DNA from: Promethearchaeota archaeon | GTDB lineage: Archaea > Asgardarchaeota > Lokiarchaeia > Sigyniarchaeales > SOKP01 | DNA length: 62,860 nt | Direction: 5' to 3' | Assembly: GCA_011364975.1 (NCBI GenBank) | Contig: RDOE01000009.1 | Coordinates: forward strand, 1-62,860 | Shown here: positions 19,756 through 29,454 of the stretch, one piece after another | How positions within the stretch are numbered: position 1 is the stretch's first letter | Layout of the letters: each line of letters opens with the position of its first letter | Position numbers and translations under genes: made by a program | The notes under the pieces: model-generated | What the model saw: the letters and a program-made list of their open reading frames with translations, nothing else | Database searches by the model: none | Told to the model about the DNA's origin: nothing

Positions 19756-21315
19756 TTAGAAATTTAAAATAAAATTATATCCTGTTAATTCAAAATAGAT
19801 TGGAGAAAATAATTCTATTGTGTTATAAAAATCATGTTCCTTAATTTGATATGGTCTTGCATATACAATTTCCTCAACCTTCTGAATAAAGGGATAAACT
19901 GATGTTGGGGATAATCTTAAATCTTTTACTGAAACTATCGCAAAATCTCGAATTGTTTCATTATCTTTTCTTTTTCTGCCATATTTTGCATTTATTAAAT
20001 CCATATATATCGCATTGAATAAGTATGATAACGATTCTTCTAATCTTCCAGATTCTTTAAGTATTTTAAGATTATTTATTTTATCTTCAAGAGGGAGATT
20101 GATTATCTTCGAAGCTTTTTCTTGTTTTTTATAATAGCGATAACCATAAAATGATATAACTCCGACAACACATCCTAAAACGGGTAGGAATATTGAAAAG
20201 AACATTAATAAAGGAGGGGCTTGAACTCCAGGATTAACGGGATTCGGTTGAGCTTGAATATCGATATAATGGGTCGTAATTAAAGTCTTACCAAGTGAAT
20301 TCGGCATCAAAATGATGATATGGGTGATTCCTGTCCATACTGGAAGCCCATAGGTAATAGAAAAATCACCATTATTATCTGTTTGAAGTTCTCTGATTAA
20401 GGTTCCGTTATAAAAAATCTGTATTAATTTATTATTTAAAACTAGGGAAGGATTCGTTCTTGATATCAATTTTCCAGCGATTATTAAATCGGTAGAAGCC
20501 CTTATTATTGTAGGAAGATCCCAAATACAGGATATATTCGAAAAAATCATTGGATTGGATAAAAGAACTTCTGAATATTCTATTTCGGGTAGAGAATTAT
20601 ATGATAATAATAAATCTAAATTATCGATACCTATATCCGGAATTGGAATATTTTGGATTAATCCTGTTGCATCTGTTGATACAAAATTGGTTTCAATCAT
20701 TACTGGTCCGTTGTACCATCGATAATTTATGCTTGCGAAGGGTATAACATTATTATCTTCAGTTCGTAAAAATCCATTAGGATCATAAAAATCTCCAATC
20801 AATTGAGGAGTTGAAGGTCCAATAATATCAAAATAAGAATTAGTACTAACATCAATTGAATAAAAAGTACGATATTCTACAGTATCTGGGGTTGAATCAG
20901 AAACTATAGCTTCAATTTTATGAGAAGTATAAATATCCAAACTAGTATCAACAACATAATCTATTTGGAAAATTCCATTTACTGTAATATCAGTGAATCC
21001 CATATCTACAACATCATCAATTTCAATAGCGATATTATATCCTGATTTATTATCACCAGTAATCCGGTTATATAATCTTCCTTGTATGGTGATAAGAGTA
21101 TTATGAGATAGTCTAGTATTATTAAAACTTGCAGGATAAAGATCTAACGTGGCCCAAATACCAGAAGACCGTACATTTGGATTTAAGTAATCTTGTGATT
21201 GAAGATTAATAAAAGTAAAATTAAAAAATATTCCTGAGAAGATGACTAAAATTAATATTAAACCATTTTTTCTTCTTATATTCATAAGCCTCTGCTTAAA
21301 AATGGTTAACTTCAT
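19756..21315 (-). CDS. Surface protein with Ig-like domains, a TM helix and a C-terminal DUF4129-like domain
   Basis: Signal/TM N-terminus, beta-rich repeats (TDNNGDF), TM near residues 370-392, then ETIRDFA...EEIVYA. Confidence 0.65.
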   Translation of the reverse strand: MKLTIFKQRLMNIRRKNGLILILVIFSGIFFNFTFINLQSQDYLNPNVRSSGIWATLDLYPASFNNTRLSHNTLITIQGRLYNRITGDNKSGYNIAIEIDDVVDMGFTDITVNGIFQIDYVVDTSLDIYTSHKIEAIVSDSTPDTVEYRTFYSIDVSTNSYFDIIGPSTPQLIGDFYDPNGFLRTEDNNVIPFASINYRWYNGPVMIETNFVSTDATGLIQNIPIPDIGIDNLDLLLSYNSLPEIEYSEVLLSNPMIFSNISCIWDLPTIIRASTDLIIAGKLISRTNPSLVLNNKLIQIFYNGTLIRELQTDNNGDFSITYGLPVWTGITHIIILMPNSLGKTLITTHYIDIQAQPNPVNPGVQAPPLLMFFSIFLPVLGCVVGVISFYGYRYYKKQEKASKIINLPLEDKINNLKILKESGRLEESLSYLFNAIYMDLINAKYGRKRKDNETIRDFAIVSVKDLRLSPTSVYPFIQKVEEIVYARPYQIKEHDFYNTIELFSPIYFELTGYNFILNF

Positions 21316-21344
21316 ATAAATACCATCAATCCTATATATTTATT

Positions 21345-24300
21345 TTAGGTTTCTCTAAAGACCTCAACTTCATTAAATTCAATATAATAATATTCTGGAG
21401 CATTAAAGTTATCTTCGGGAATAAAGCTAACCCAAACTTCTGAATTCGAAGGCCAGTTTCCCACTAATAAGGTTATATTAAAGAAGCCATTAATATCAGT
21501 ATAACCCAAGGCAGTTCCAAGTATTTGTCCTAAAGGTGTTCTCACAGTAATATTTACTTCCATAAATCCCATAGCAGTTCCATTATCCCATTCTAAATAA
21601 CCATAAACATATAAATCATCATCTTGGTAAAAATCATCCTTTACAACTCTTGTGTCATAATTTCCAGTAATTAATGTGCCCGCAGTGATATTAATCGGAA
21701 GGATAACACTCATAGAAGGAATCATATAATCATTTAAGGAGACACCCGCTTCATTGATGCTTCCTGTATAATAAATTAATATATAATATTGCCCTTGAGG
21801 ACAATTCATGAAGATGGAATTGTCGAGGTATTGAAAATTCCCTCCAGATATTAAATTAAACTGGGGACCATTTATACTTAAATAACTACTAGTAACATCA
21901 GAGTATGTATTATCTAATAGAAAGATACCTATAATTAATCCGTCTAAATTAGTACCATTCTGTTGTAAAGTACCCCAAACATCAAATTGATGAAAACTTC
22001 TTTGAATTACATTTCTATCAGAATTTATCGAAATACTGATTGTTTCGTTAATAATTATATAAGTTGTATTAAATGTACTATAAGTGTGATAATTTGCTCG
22101 AAGTCTTATCAATCCTGCATGGAGACTGTTTGTTGATATATTAAATTGAACAAATCCGGACTCATCTACGAAGGTGTATGATGTTATAAGATTGTTATTA
22201 AAATCATCATATAGAAACACCGTATTACCAAATTTAGGCAATACATGATAAATTTGAATTTGAATATGAGCTGTTTCGCCAAAATTATATGTTTCTGGAG
22301 GATTAGTATTATTATAAAGGGGTAAGGTTGGATTACCCTCAACTGAAAGATAAATATCTAAATTTTCAGGATCTATTACTTTAAGCTCTGAGAGCCCATT
22401 TACAGAATCTGTAAAATTATTTATTCCGCCTAAATAGAAATTATGTTCATTATATAAGTTATATGGCCAAGAGTACATAAAGATTCCGGCAAACTCAATT
22501 CTAATAGTATAATTTTTCTCAGGAGTCGAACTTTTAACAGAATAGGTTAGATCGAATACTCCGGTATCATCTAATCTAAGTGAACCACTTTCTAATACTA
22601 GGCAGTAAGATACATCAGTAGGACCATCAAACATATATACATCAATTAGAGTGTATTTTATAGGAGTCCCTAAAATTAAATCAGTTATATCTCCTTGTAA
22701 GTTGAAAGTCCTTTGAATTGCTCCACTTCTCATTATTTCTGCTGGGTTAGGTCCAGAAATAAGGTTAACAGTTATAGGAGTATTTACGATAAAGTAAGAA
22801 TAGTTATAATTCGAACCCCAATTAGCATATATTTGATGAGGTCCTGCTACTACTGATGATCCAATATTATAAATGAATCCAGCAAATCCATTAAGCGTTT
22901 GAGCAGACCCTATGAAAACTTCTTGGGTAGTATCATAAAAGTTCACCCATTCACCATCCCCAATTGGAATGCCCCCAGATTCGAGATAGACATTTAAATT
23001 TATATTGTCATTTGGGTAGACTAATGGGTTATTATAATCATTATTAGGGGTTCCATCAATCCAAAAGTTAAATATAAGAGATGTAGGAGTTAAGACTTTT
23101 AATTTGTTTAAAAAGGATGAAGAAGTATTAATATAAGGTAAATTAAAAAAGGTGCTGTATTCTGGATGCCATGAACGATCGATAGTTCCATTAAAATCAA
23201 GTCTTAAACTATAATTTCCTAAGGGTGTATTAGAGGCAACTTCGAAATTAATATTAAAATAACCATTAAAATCCGTGTAGAAATAACTACTCGGAATTAA
23301 GTAAGAAGAATAGTCTAGTCCCCCTCTAAATAATTTTAACTGTAATTGTGCTGTTCTTATTGGATTGTTATTTGTAGGGTCTATCATTTCCCCTTCAATA
23401 TTAAAGAAAGTATTTGTAGCACCCATCGCAGTTCGATTAATCTCTGTTGGAATTGGTCCTGAAAAAATATTTATTGTGGGTTCTTCGTTTAAAATGAAAT
23501 AGGAATAATTTTCTTCAATACCTAGCTTTGCGTAAACTAAATTAGGGCCAATGGTATTAAGATTATTAATATTGTAATCAATAGATGTAATACCGCTAGT
23601 ATTTGTTGTATTGGAACCCAAAAATACATTTCCTCTAGAATAATCATAAAAAGATACAATTTGATTGGATAAAGGAGCATCATCTTCATTTAATACTCTA
23701 ACTTTTAGAGCTAAGGTTGAAAATCTACTAACTATAGGGAAATCTGGTATTTGAGAGGGTATATCATTAATGTAAAACCAAACTTTTTTTATAATACCTC
23801 TCGTAATATTTAAATCCAACCTATTACTGGAAGCATTAATAAATCCTGCAGCATATGGTACAAAATACCAACTGCCATTAAAATCGACCCGTAATTCATG
23901 TTGGCCTATTGGAACAGAGGAATCAACATTAATAATTACATCAAAATCACCATTCAAATCGGTATAAGTAAAGATTGAATCAAAAGGTGGACTACCTATT
24001 CGATTGTTGGTACCTTTTTGAAGTAATACAAATTCCAAAGTAGCTCCAATAACTCTTTTGTTATTTACTGGATCAACAACATAACCTTGAATGTTAACAC
24101 TAGGATCTAGTGATATATTTACTTCTTGAGGACTAACACTTACTAAATTAACCTGAATATCACCATATATAGTATATATTGTCGTATCATTAACATTTGG
24201 ACTATATTGAGCAAATATAGCATGAGGTCCAACAAGTTGAGTATCATCAATATTTACTAATATTGATGTTTGACCAATAGAATTTGTATAACCTGTCCCT

Positions 24301-25793
24301 AGAAATTGAGAGGTAGTTAAATCGTAGATATTTATGGGTTCTCCTCCAACAGGATTACCATCTAAAGTAAGTGTTGCAGTTATATTTGCAATATTCCCCC
24401 TATATCCTGCTGTAAAGTTCGAATTTACAATTAAGGAATAATTTGCATAAGTTGGGGGAACTCCTAAATAATTATCGTAATAGATATCCATTTGAACCCA
24501 TTTACCGTTTCCTGAAATATCTGTTGGAATAAACACTTCTGCCCAATTATACATATTCTTGTATTTAATAGAAAAAGCATTTCTTCCCTCAATATTATCA
24601 TAAAATTCCTCTATAAGAAAACTGTTAAATCCGTCAACGAATCGAGTAGCTAACCCAAGAGCTCTTCCAAATGCACAAAATGCAGATGCAAAATCAGCCC
24701 AATATCCTATTTCATTTTCACAGAACCATTCAATTTGGTCATATCCATCTGGTGCGGGATTATATTGGCTGGGATCTGTTATTTTTGCAAAATTGTATTG
24801 CAAATAATTTCTAATTTTATCCGCTACGATAAAAGCATTATCTGAACTCAAAATTAAACTTGCAATATTATTATAATGAAATTCAAAATCATCATGATTA
24901 TTTATATAAACATTAACAGGATTTCCATTTAACTGTAAATATTTACTTTTTATTGGATCAGGAGTATATTGGGGATCTACGGCAATTGCATCGATCTCAG
25001 CGCTTGTAGGTAAATTTGACCCGAACATTTGATAACTCATGTTCACATCTCCTTCAGTGTGAAAAGAGATATCCATTGTTGTGCAGTTATAACTGTCTGC
25101 ATATAAAATGGGAGAATTTGGAGTATATTCCATATAATTTGGATTTGTCCATACACTTCCTTCCATTATATAAGGGTTGGGAAAGAATGAGGGTATTACC
25201 ATCGAATTTATACCCAAATTAGAAGAAAGTGGTAATTTAAGGGTTATTAAATCCTTACCCGGGTGATAATTATTATAATCATCATAGGTGGTAAAATCAA
25301 TTTGCTGCTTCGCAGCTGTAGAATGCCAACCATCCCCAGTATATTCATCAAAACTTTCATAACGCCACAATTTGGTAGTCATATCAGTAAAATCATTATA
25401 ATCATAAACTCTAAATACTTCTATTTCAGAAGCCATTAGAGCCGCTAGTGCTTGTGAATAATCTCCTAAATCTAAATCATCAATATCACCATCAAACATA
25501 TCCCCTAGTGCATCTATTAAATCACTTAACTGATCCGTTGTGAGATTAGGAAACTGATTTAAAAAATCAGATAAATTGTAAGGGAACGGAGGGATAAATT
25601 TTTGTATATCGGTAACAGGCTCAGCTTCAGATAAGCGATCACTTGGAAGAGGTCTTTGACTATCCCACAATAAACTAAATAAAAAAGTCGAAAAAGCGAA
25701 GGCTGTAATTAATAACACAGCTACAAGAATAATTTTAATTACTCTTTTTTTATCAAAACTGGTTACTAATAAGTCATCACGAAATTCTGACAT
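21345..25793 (-). CDS. Large transglutaminase-like surface protein with Ig-like repeats (catalytic Cys/His substituted)
   Basis: LWRYESFDEYTGDGW, GYWADFASAF..GRALGLATRFVDGF, YNWAEVF and WVQMD, followed by repeated beta-rich units rich in N-x-S/T sequons. Confidence 0.8.
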   Translation of the reverse strand: MSEFRDDLLVTSFDKKRVIKIILVAVLLITAFAFSTFLFSLLWDSQRPLPSDRLSEAEPVTDIQKFIPPFPYNLSDFLNQFPNLTTDQLSDLIDALGDMFDGDIDDLDLGDYSQALAALMASEIEVFRVYDYNDFTDMTTKLWRYESFDEYTGDGWHSTAAKQQIDFTTYDDYNNYHPGKDLITLKLPLSSNLGINSMVIPSFFPNPYIMEGSVWTNPNYMEYTPNSPILYADSYNCTTMDISFHTEGDVNMSYQMFGSNLPTSAEIDAIAVDPQYTPDPIKSKYLQLNGNPVNVYINNHDDFEFHYNNIASLILSSDNAFIVADKIRNYLQYNFAKITDPSQYNPAPDGYDQIEWFCENEIGYWADFASAFCAFGRALGLATRFVDGFNSFLIEEFYDNIEGRNAFSIKYKNMYNWAEVFIPTDISGNGKWVQMDIYYDNYLGVPPTYANYSLIVNSNFTAGYRGNIANITATLTLDGNPVGGEPINIYDLTTSQFLGTGYTNSIGQTSILVNIDDTQLVGPHAIFAQYSPNVNDTTIYTIYGDIQVNLVSVSPQEVNISLDPSVNIQGYVVDPVNNKRVIGATLEFVLLQKGTNNRIGSPPFDSIFTYTDLNGDFDVIINVDSSVPIGQHELRVDFNGSWYFVPYAAGFINASSNRLDLNITRGIIKKVWFYINDIPSQIPDFPIVSRFSTLALKVRVLNEDDAPLSNQIVSFYDYSRGNVFLGSNTTNTSGITSIDYNINNLNTIGPNLVYAKLGIEENYSYFILNEEPTINIFSGPIPTEINRTAMGATNTFFNIEGEMIDPTNNNPIRTAQLQLKLFRGGLDYSSYLIPSSYFYTDFNGYFNINFEVASNTPLGNYSLRLDFNGTIDRSWHPEYSTFFNLPYINTSSSFLNKLKVLTPTSLIFNFWIDGTPNNDYNNPLVYPNDNINLNVYLESGGIPIGDGEWVNFYDTTQEVFIGSAQTLNGFAGFIYNIGSSVVAGPHQIYANWGSNYNYSYFIVNTPITVNLISGPNPAEIMRSGAIQRTFNLQGDITDLILGTPIKYTLIDVYMFDGPTDVSYCLVLESGSLRLDDTGVFDLTYSVKSSTPEKNYTIRIEFAGIFMYSWPYNLYNEHNFYLGGINNFTDSVNGLSELKVIDPENLDIYLSVEGNPTLPLYNNTNPPETYNFGETAHIQIQIYHVLPKFGNTVFLYDDFNNNLITSYTFVDESGFVQFNISTNSLHAGLIRLRANYHTYSTFNTTYIIINETISISINSDRNVIQRSFHQFDVWGTLQQNGTNLDGLIIGIFLLDNTYSDVTSSYLSINGPQFNLISGGNFQYLDNSIFMNCPQGQYYILIYYTGSINEAGVSLNDYMIPSMSVILPINITAGTLITGNYDTRVVKDDFYQDDDLYVYGYLEWDNGTAMGFMEVNITVRTPLGQILGTALGYTDINGFFNITLLVGNWPSNSEVWVSFIPEDNFNAPEYYYIEFNEVEVFRET

Positions 25794-25983
25794 ATTAAAT
25801 CAAATTTTCCCTTAACTATTCCAAATTAAGTTTGCAATATTAATTAAAATAATAATATATATAATTTTCCTACTTATAGAAGAACCATACTAGATATCAA
25901 TTAGAATATTTTTTCTTAACATAACATCTTTAAAAAGATTCTTTAAGAAGACTTTTAAAAATAGATAGAAAAAGAGTAATAAT

Positions 25984-26820
25984 TTAAAATTCAAATCCGC
26001 ATTTTGTACAAATATTTTTTTTAGCATATTGAGGTTTCGGAATATAACTTATTATTTTTGTTTTATCTTCAACCTCTTTTATAGCAAAGCCAGTGGCACC
26101 ACAATTTGGACAAATTTTGCGTCCAGAAGAAGAACCTGTTCCTAAGGTAGGAGTAGAGGTCATAGATGATCCTGTAGGGGTTCCATATGAAATTGGAGCA
26201 CCCATACCAGAGGTTTGGGAAGTAATACCTTGAGCTAAACTAGAGGGCATTACTGCTTTTGGTTCTTTCAATTCTTGGATTCTTTTATCTTTATATACTA
26301 ATTCTTCCTGTAATTTATTAATTTGAGCTTGTAGAGGACCGATTTGTTGTTGTAATGTCATGTTCTCTTGCTGGAGAAGCTGTAAATTGTTTTGAAGTTG
26401 GGGAATTTGAGATTGTAGTTGTGCTTTTTCATTATTTAACATGTTAATCTGATTTTGGTAACCCTCAATGGTTTTTTGAAAATTTTGTAATTGACTTCTT
26501 AATTGATTTACTTGATTGTCCTTATCAATTAATTGAGCGTTTAAATTTGCATATTGAGCGTTTACATTATCTATCTGGTTTTGTAGCTGATATATAGTAG
26601 TATCTTTTTCTTGGACTTGTATTAGGGCAGAGTTATATTCATCTTGTGAAGGGCCTTGAGGAACATATGCTTCCTGTTGGTAAGAGGGAATGTCCTGTGA
26701 GGGCATAGGTGGCATTGAAGGGGGTGGCATTGATGGTGGAGGCATAGAAGGTGGCTTTATTCGAGGTGGTGTTGGGGGTCTCATTTCATCTTCATCTTCT
26801 CGTTCATATTCGTCCGACAT
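25984..26820 (-). CDS. Proline-rich / coiled-coil / C-terminal Zn-ribbon protein
   Basis: PPSMPPPSMPPPSMPP, a Q/N-rich heptad region, then CPNC...CTKC. Confidence 0.75.
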   Translation of the reverse strand: MSDEYEREDEDEMRPPTPPRIKPPSMPPPSMPPPSMPPMPSQDIPSYQQEAYVPQGPSQDEYNSALIQVQEKDTTIYQLQNQIDNVNAQYANLNAQLIDKDNQVNQLRSQLQNFQKTIEGYQNQINMLNNEKAQLQSQIPQLQNNLQLLQQENMTLQQQIGPLQAQINKLQEELVYKDKRIQELKEPKAVMPSSLAQGITSQTSGMGAPISYGTPTGSSMTSTPTLGTGSSSGRKICPNCGATGFAIKEVEDKTKIISYIPKPQYAKKNICTKCGFEF

Positions 26821-26934
26821 TATATTCTCCTCATTATTGTATAATAAATTAATTTGATTTGTTACTTTAATAGTAGAATAGATTTATAAATTATAGTAAA
26901 AAAAGTAATAAGAATATTTCTTAAATTATCGCTA

Positions 26935-28029
26935 TTAAAAACAATCCCAGAAGTATTTTAAGTTATCTTTTAATTTTGGAATTAGATTATTATTGATGTA
27001 ATTTAATACTTCTTTATCGGAAAATCGGGCTTTTTCTTCAATCATATACTCAGATTTTTGGTTTAATACTTGAATGCAATTGTATACTGCAATTGCTTGT
27101 TTGTCCACTTCATAACCACCTTCTAAAGTAATTAAGATTTTTCCATTTGCATACTTATTCGCGATAGTTGTAATCTTTTGTAAGTAATTTGCGGGTCCTT
27201 GATAGGTCCACCCCATATTGGTTAATCTATCCGTCCAATGAGTATCAAATCCTGCGGAAATTAAAATAAACTCTGGACGAAATTCATCACATATTGGTTT
27301 TATAACCTCTTCAAAATATATCATTACTATATCTTCTGCAGCTCTGGGAGGCATAGGGAAGTTTATTATTTTTCCCTCTCCTTTACTATGACCTAAATCA
27401 TTTATAAACCCACTTCCAGGATAGAGAGTTCTCCCATCCTGATGAGAATTAAACAAGATTACTTCACCGTTTTCCGAACCATTAAAAAAGATATCTTGTG
27501 TACCATTTCCATGATGACAATCCCAATCTATTATCACAACTCGTTTTATATTCTTTTCCCTAAATAAGTATTCTGTCGTTATTGCTATATTATTAAAGAT
27601 ACAAAATCCAGCACATTTATATGAATTTGAGTGATGCCCCGGAGGCCTAACTGTGGCAAAAACATTATTGACCTTTCCCTCTAAAATTTCATCTATTCCT
27701 GTTAAATTTCCACCAACACTATATAACGAAGCTTCAAAAGTTTTAGCAGATACTGCAGTATCCATATCTAATTGTTGAATATGTCCTGTTACTTTCGCTA
27801 ACTCACTTACTTCCTTTACTTCATTAATAAGGCTTTCTTCATGGACGTATTTTATTTGATCTAAACTCGCTTTCCTTGGTTGGATAAGTTTAAAATTTGG
27901 ATCATCAAATAATTTTTTCTCTTTTAAAAAGTTCATGATTGTGACTAATCTCTCATGAGATTCTACATGAGTTCCAATTCGATGTTCTAGATAAATAGGA
28001 TCATAAACTATTCCCGTTTTCATTAGCAA
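26935..28029 (-). CDS. Histone deacetylase family (class II-like / acetylpolyamine amidohydrolase) protein
   Basis: RPPGHH, GFCIFNN, DWDCHHGNGTQ, SAGFD and LEGGY. Confidence 0.93.
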   Translation of the reverse strand: MLMKTGIVYDPIYLEHRIGTHVESHERLVTIMNFLKEKKLFDDPNFKLIQPRKASLDQIKYVHEESLINEVKEVSELAKVTGHIQQLDMDTAVSAKTFEASLYSVGGNLTGIDEILEGKVNNVFATVRPPGHHSNSYKCAGFCIFNNIAITTEYLFREKNIKRVVIIDWDCHHGNGTQDIFFNGSENGEVILFNSHQDGRTLYPGSGFINDLGHSKGEGKIINFPMPPRAAEDIVMIYFEEVIKPICDEFRPEFILISAGFDTHWTDRLTNMGWTYQGPANYLQKITTIANKYANGKILITLEGGYEVDKQAIAVYNCIQVLNQKSEYMIEEKARFSDKEVLNYINNNLIPKLKDNLKYFWDCF

Positions 28030-28223
28030 TACCTTTTCAGATTTGATAATAGTTTTTACAGTTTATAATTTGATTTAACTTAATATAATATTTTTAAGTT
28101 TTTTTAAATCAGCGAAGTAGTATATTTACCCATTAATTTAATTTCTTTTTTATTTATTATCTTTCACAGAATTAAAATTCTAATATGTTAGAAATAATTG
28201 TTTTTACAGGTATACTTTTATTG

Positions 28224-29204
28224 TTATGGTTTAATAGCAATTTTAATAAAATTTCTGTTATGAGGATCAAGATATTTTTCAAAAGCGTTTTGAATTTCTG
28301 AAAGAGGCATAATATAAGAAATAAATTGGTTTGTATCAATAACATTTCTATCGAAAAAATCAATAGCTGTTAGAATGTCTTCACGATCATGCCCTAGTAT
28401 TCCCTTAATGCACGCTTCCTTAGAATTAATAAGAAATATAGGAAGCAATATTTTGCCTTTATAAATCCCCTCTAGTATAATATTTCCGCCTTTTTTAATT
28501 AAATCTATAGCCATAAGGATTGAATCTTGATTACCAGCACAATCGAAGATATAATTAGGTTCACCATATTTTTTAAGATATTTTTTGATTTTAGCAGTAT
28601 TAGGAGGGAAAGCTTCGTTTGCACCGATTTTTTTCGCGGTATCCCTTAAAAATTCCTGAGGTTCAACAACAATAATGTAATTAGGTTTCTTTTCAATAAG
28701 GAGATATTTTAAAAAGCATAATCCGATATTACCAGCACCTATTATTGCAATATTTTGATTTTTTTCTATGTTTGATAACCTTACACCCCGGCAAGCATTT
28801 GCAAATGATTCGATCATTATAGCATCTTTAGTTGATATTGATTTAGGAATATGAAATAAATATTTTCCTGGAAGATTCACATATTCAGCAAAGCCTCCGT
28901 CTTTAAAGATGCCTAATCCATCTAATTCTCCTTGACCAATATCCAATGCTACATTTATACCACATACTTTATCACCAATAGTAACATTTTTAACCCTATC
29001 TCCGATTTGCACAACCTCGCCTGTAAATTCATGACCCATTATTAAGGGTACTTGATACATTTTTAGTTTAAAGTTAGTAATATCACTTCCGCATATTCCA
29101 CAATAATGAGTCTTTATTAATACGTCTTCAGGTCCAGGAGAAGGTTTTGGGTAATCTTCTCTATATTCTATTTTTTTAACATCTAAAAATACTGCCGCTT
29201 TCAT
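28224..29204 (-). CDS. Zn-dependent medium-chain dehydrogenase
   Basis: CGICGSD, GHEFTG and GAGNIG; the four-Cys structural-Zn lobe is absent. Confidence 0.88.
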   Translation of the reverse strand: MKAAVFLDVKKIEYREDYPKPSPGPEDVLIKTHYCGICGSDITNFKLKMYQVPLIMGHEFTGEVVQIGDRVKNVTIGDKVCGINVALDIGQGELDGLGIFKDGGFAEYVNLPGKYLFHIPKSISTKDAIMIESFANACRGVRLSNIEKNQNIAIIGAGNIGLCFLKYLLIEKKPNYIIVVEPQEFLRDTAKKIGANEAFPPNTAKIKKYLKKYGEPNYIFDCAGNQDSILMAIDLIKKGGNIILEGIYKGKILLPIFLINSKEACIKGILGHDREDILTAIDFFDRNVIDTNQFISYIMPLSEIQNAFEKYLDPHNRNFIKIAIKP

Positions 29205-29454
29205 AAAATATTAGTTAGTTCAAAATTTTTGAGACTAATAAAAGAAATAGAAGATTCATTTAAAAAGTTTTAAACAATTGATAATCATCTCAAAATAAAA
29301 TTCTCATGCTTAGTTTTTTTAGCGAAAAGATAGTATTTTTCTTTTGTTTTAATTTCTCCTTTAATTCTCTCTTATGAATTTTCATTGATAGATATATTTC
29401 GAATCAGATCCGCTTAAATTATAATTAGTAGAGTTATTGAATTTAAAATCTAAA

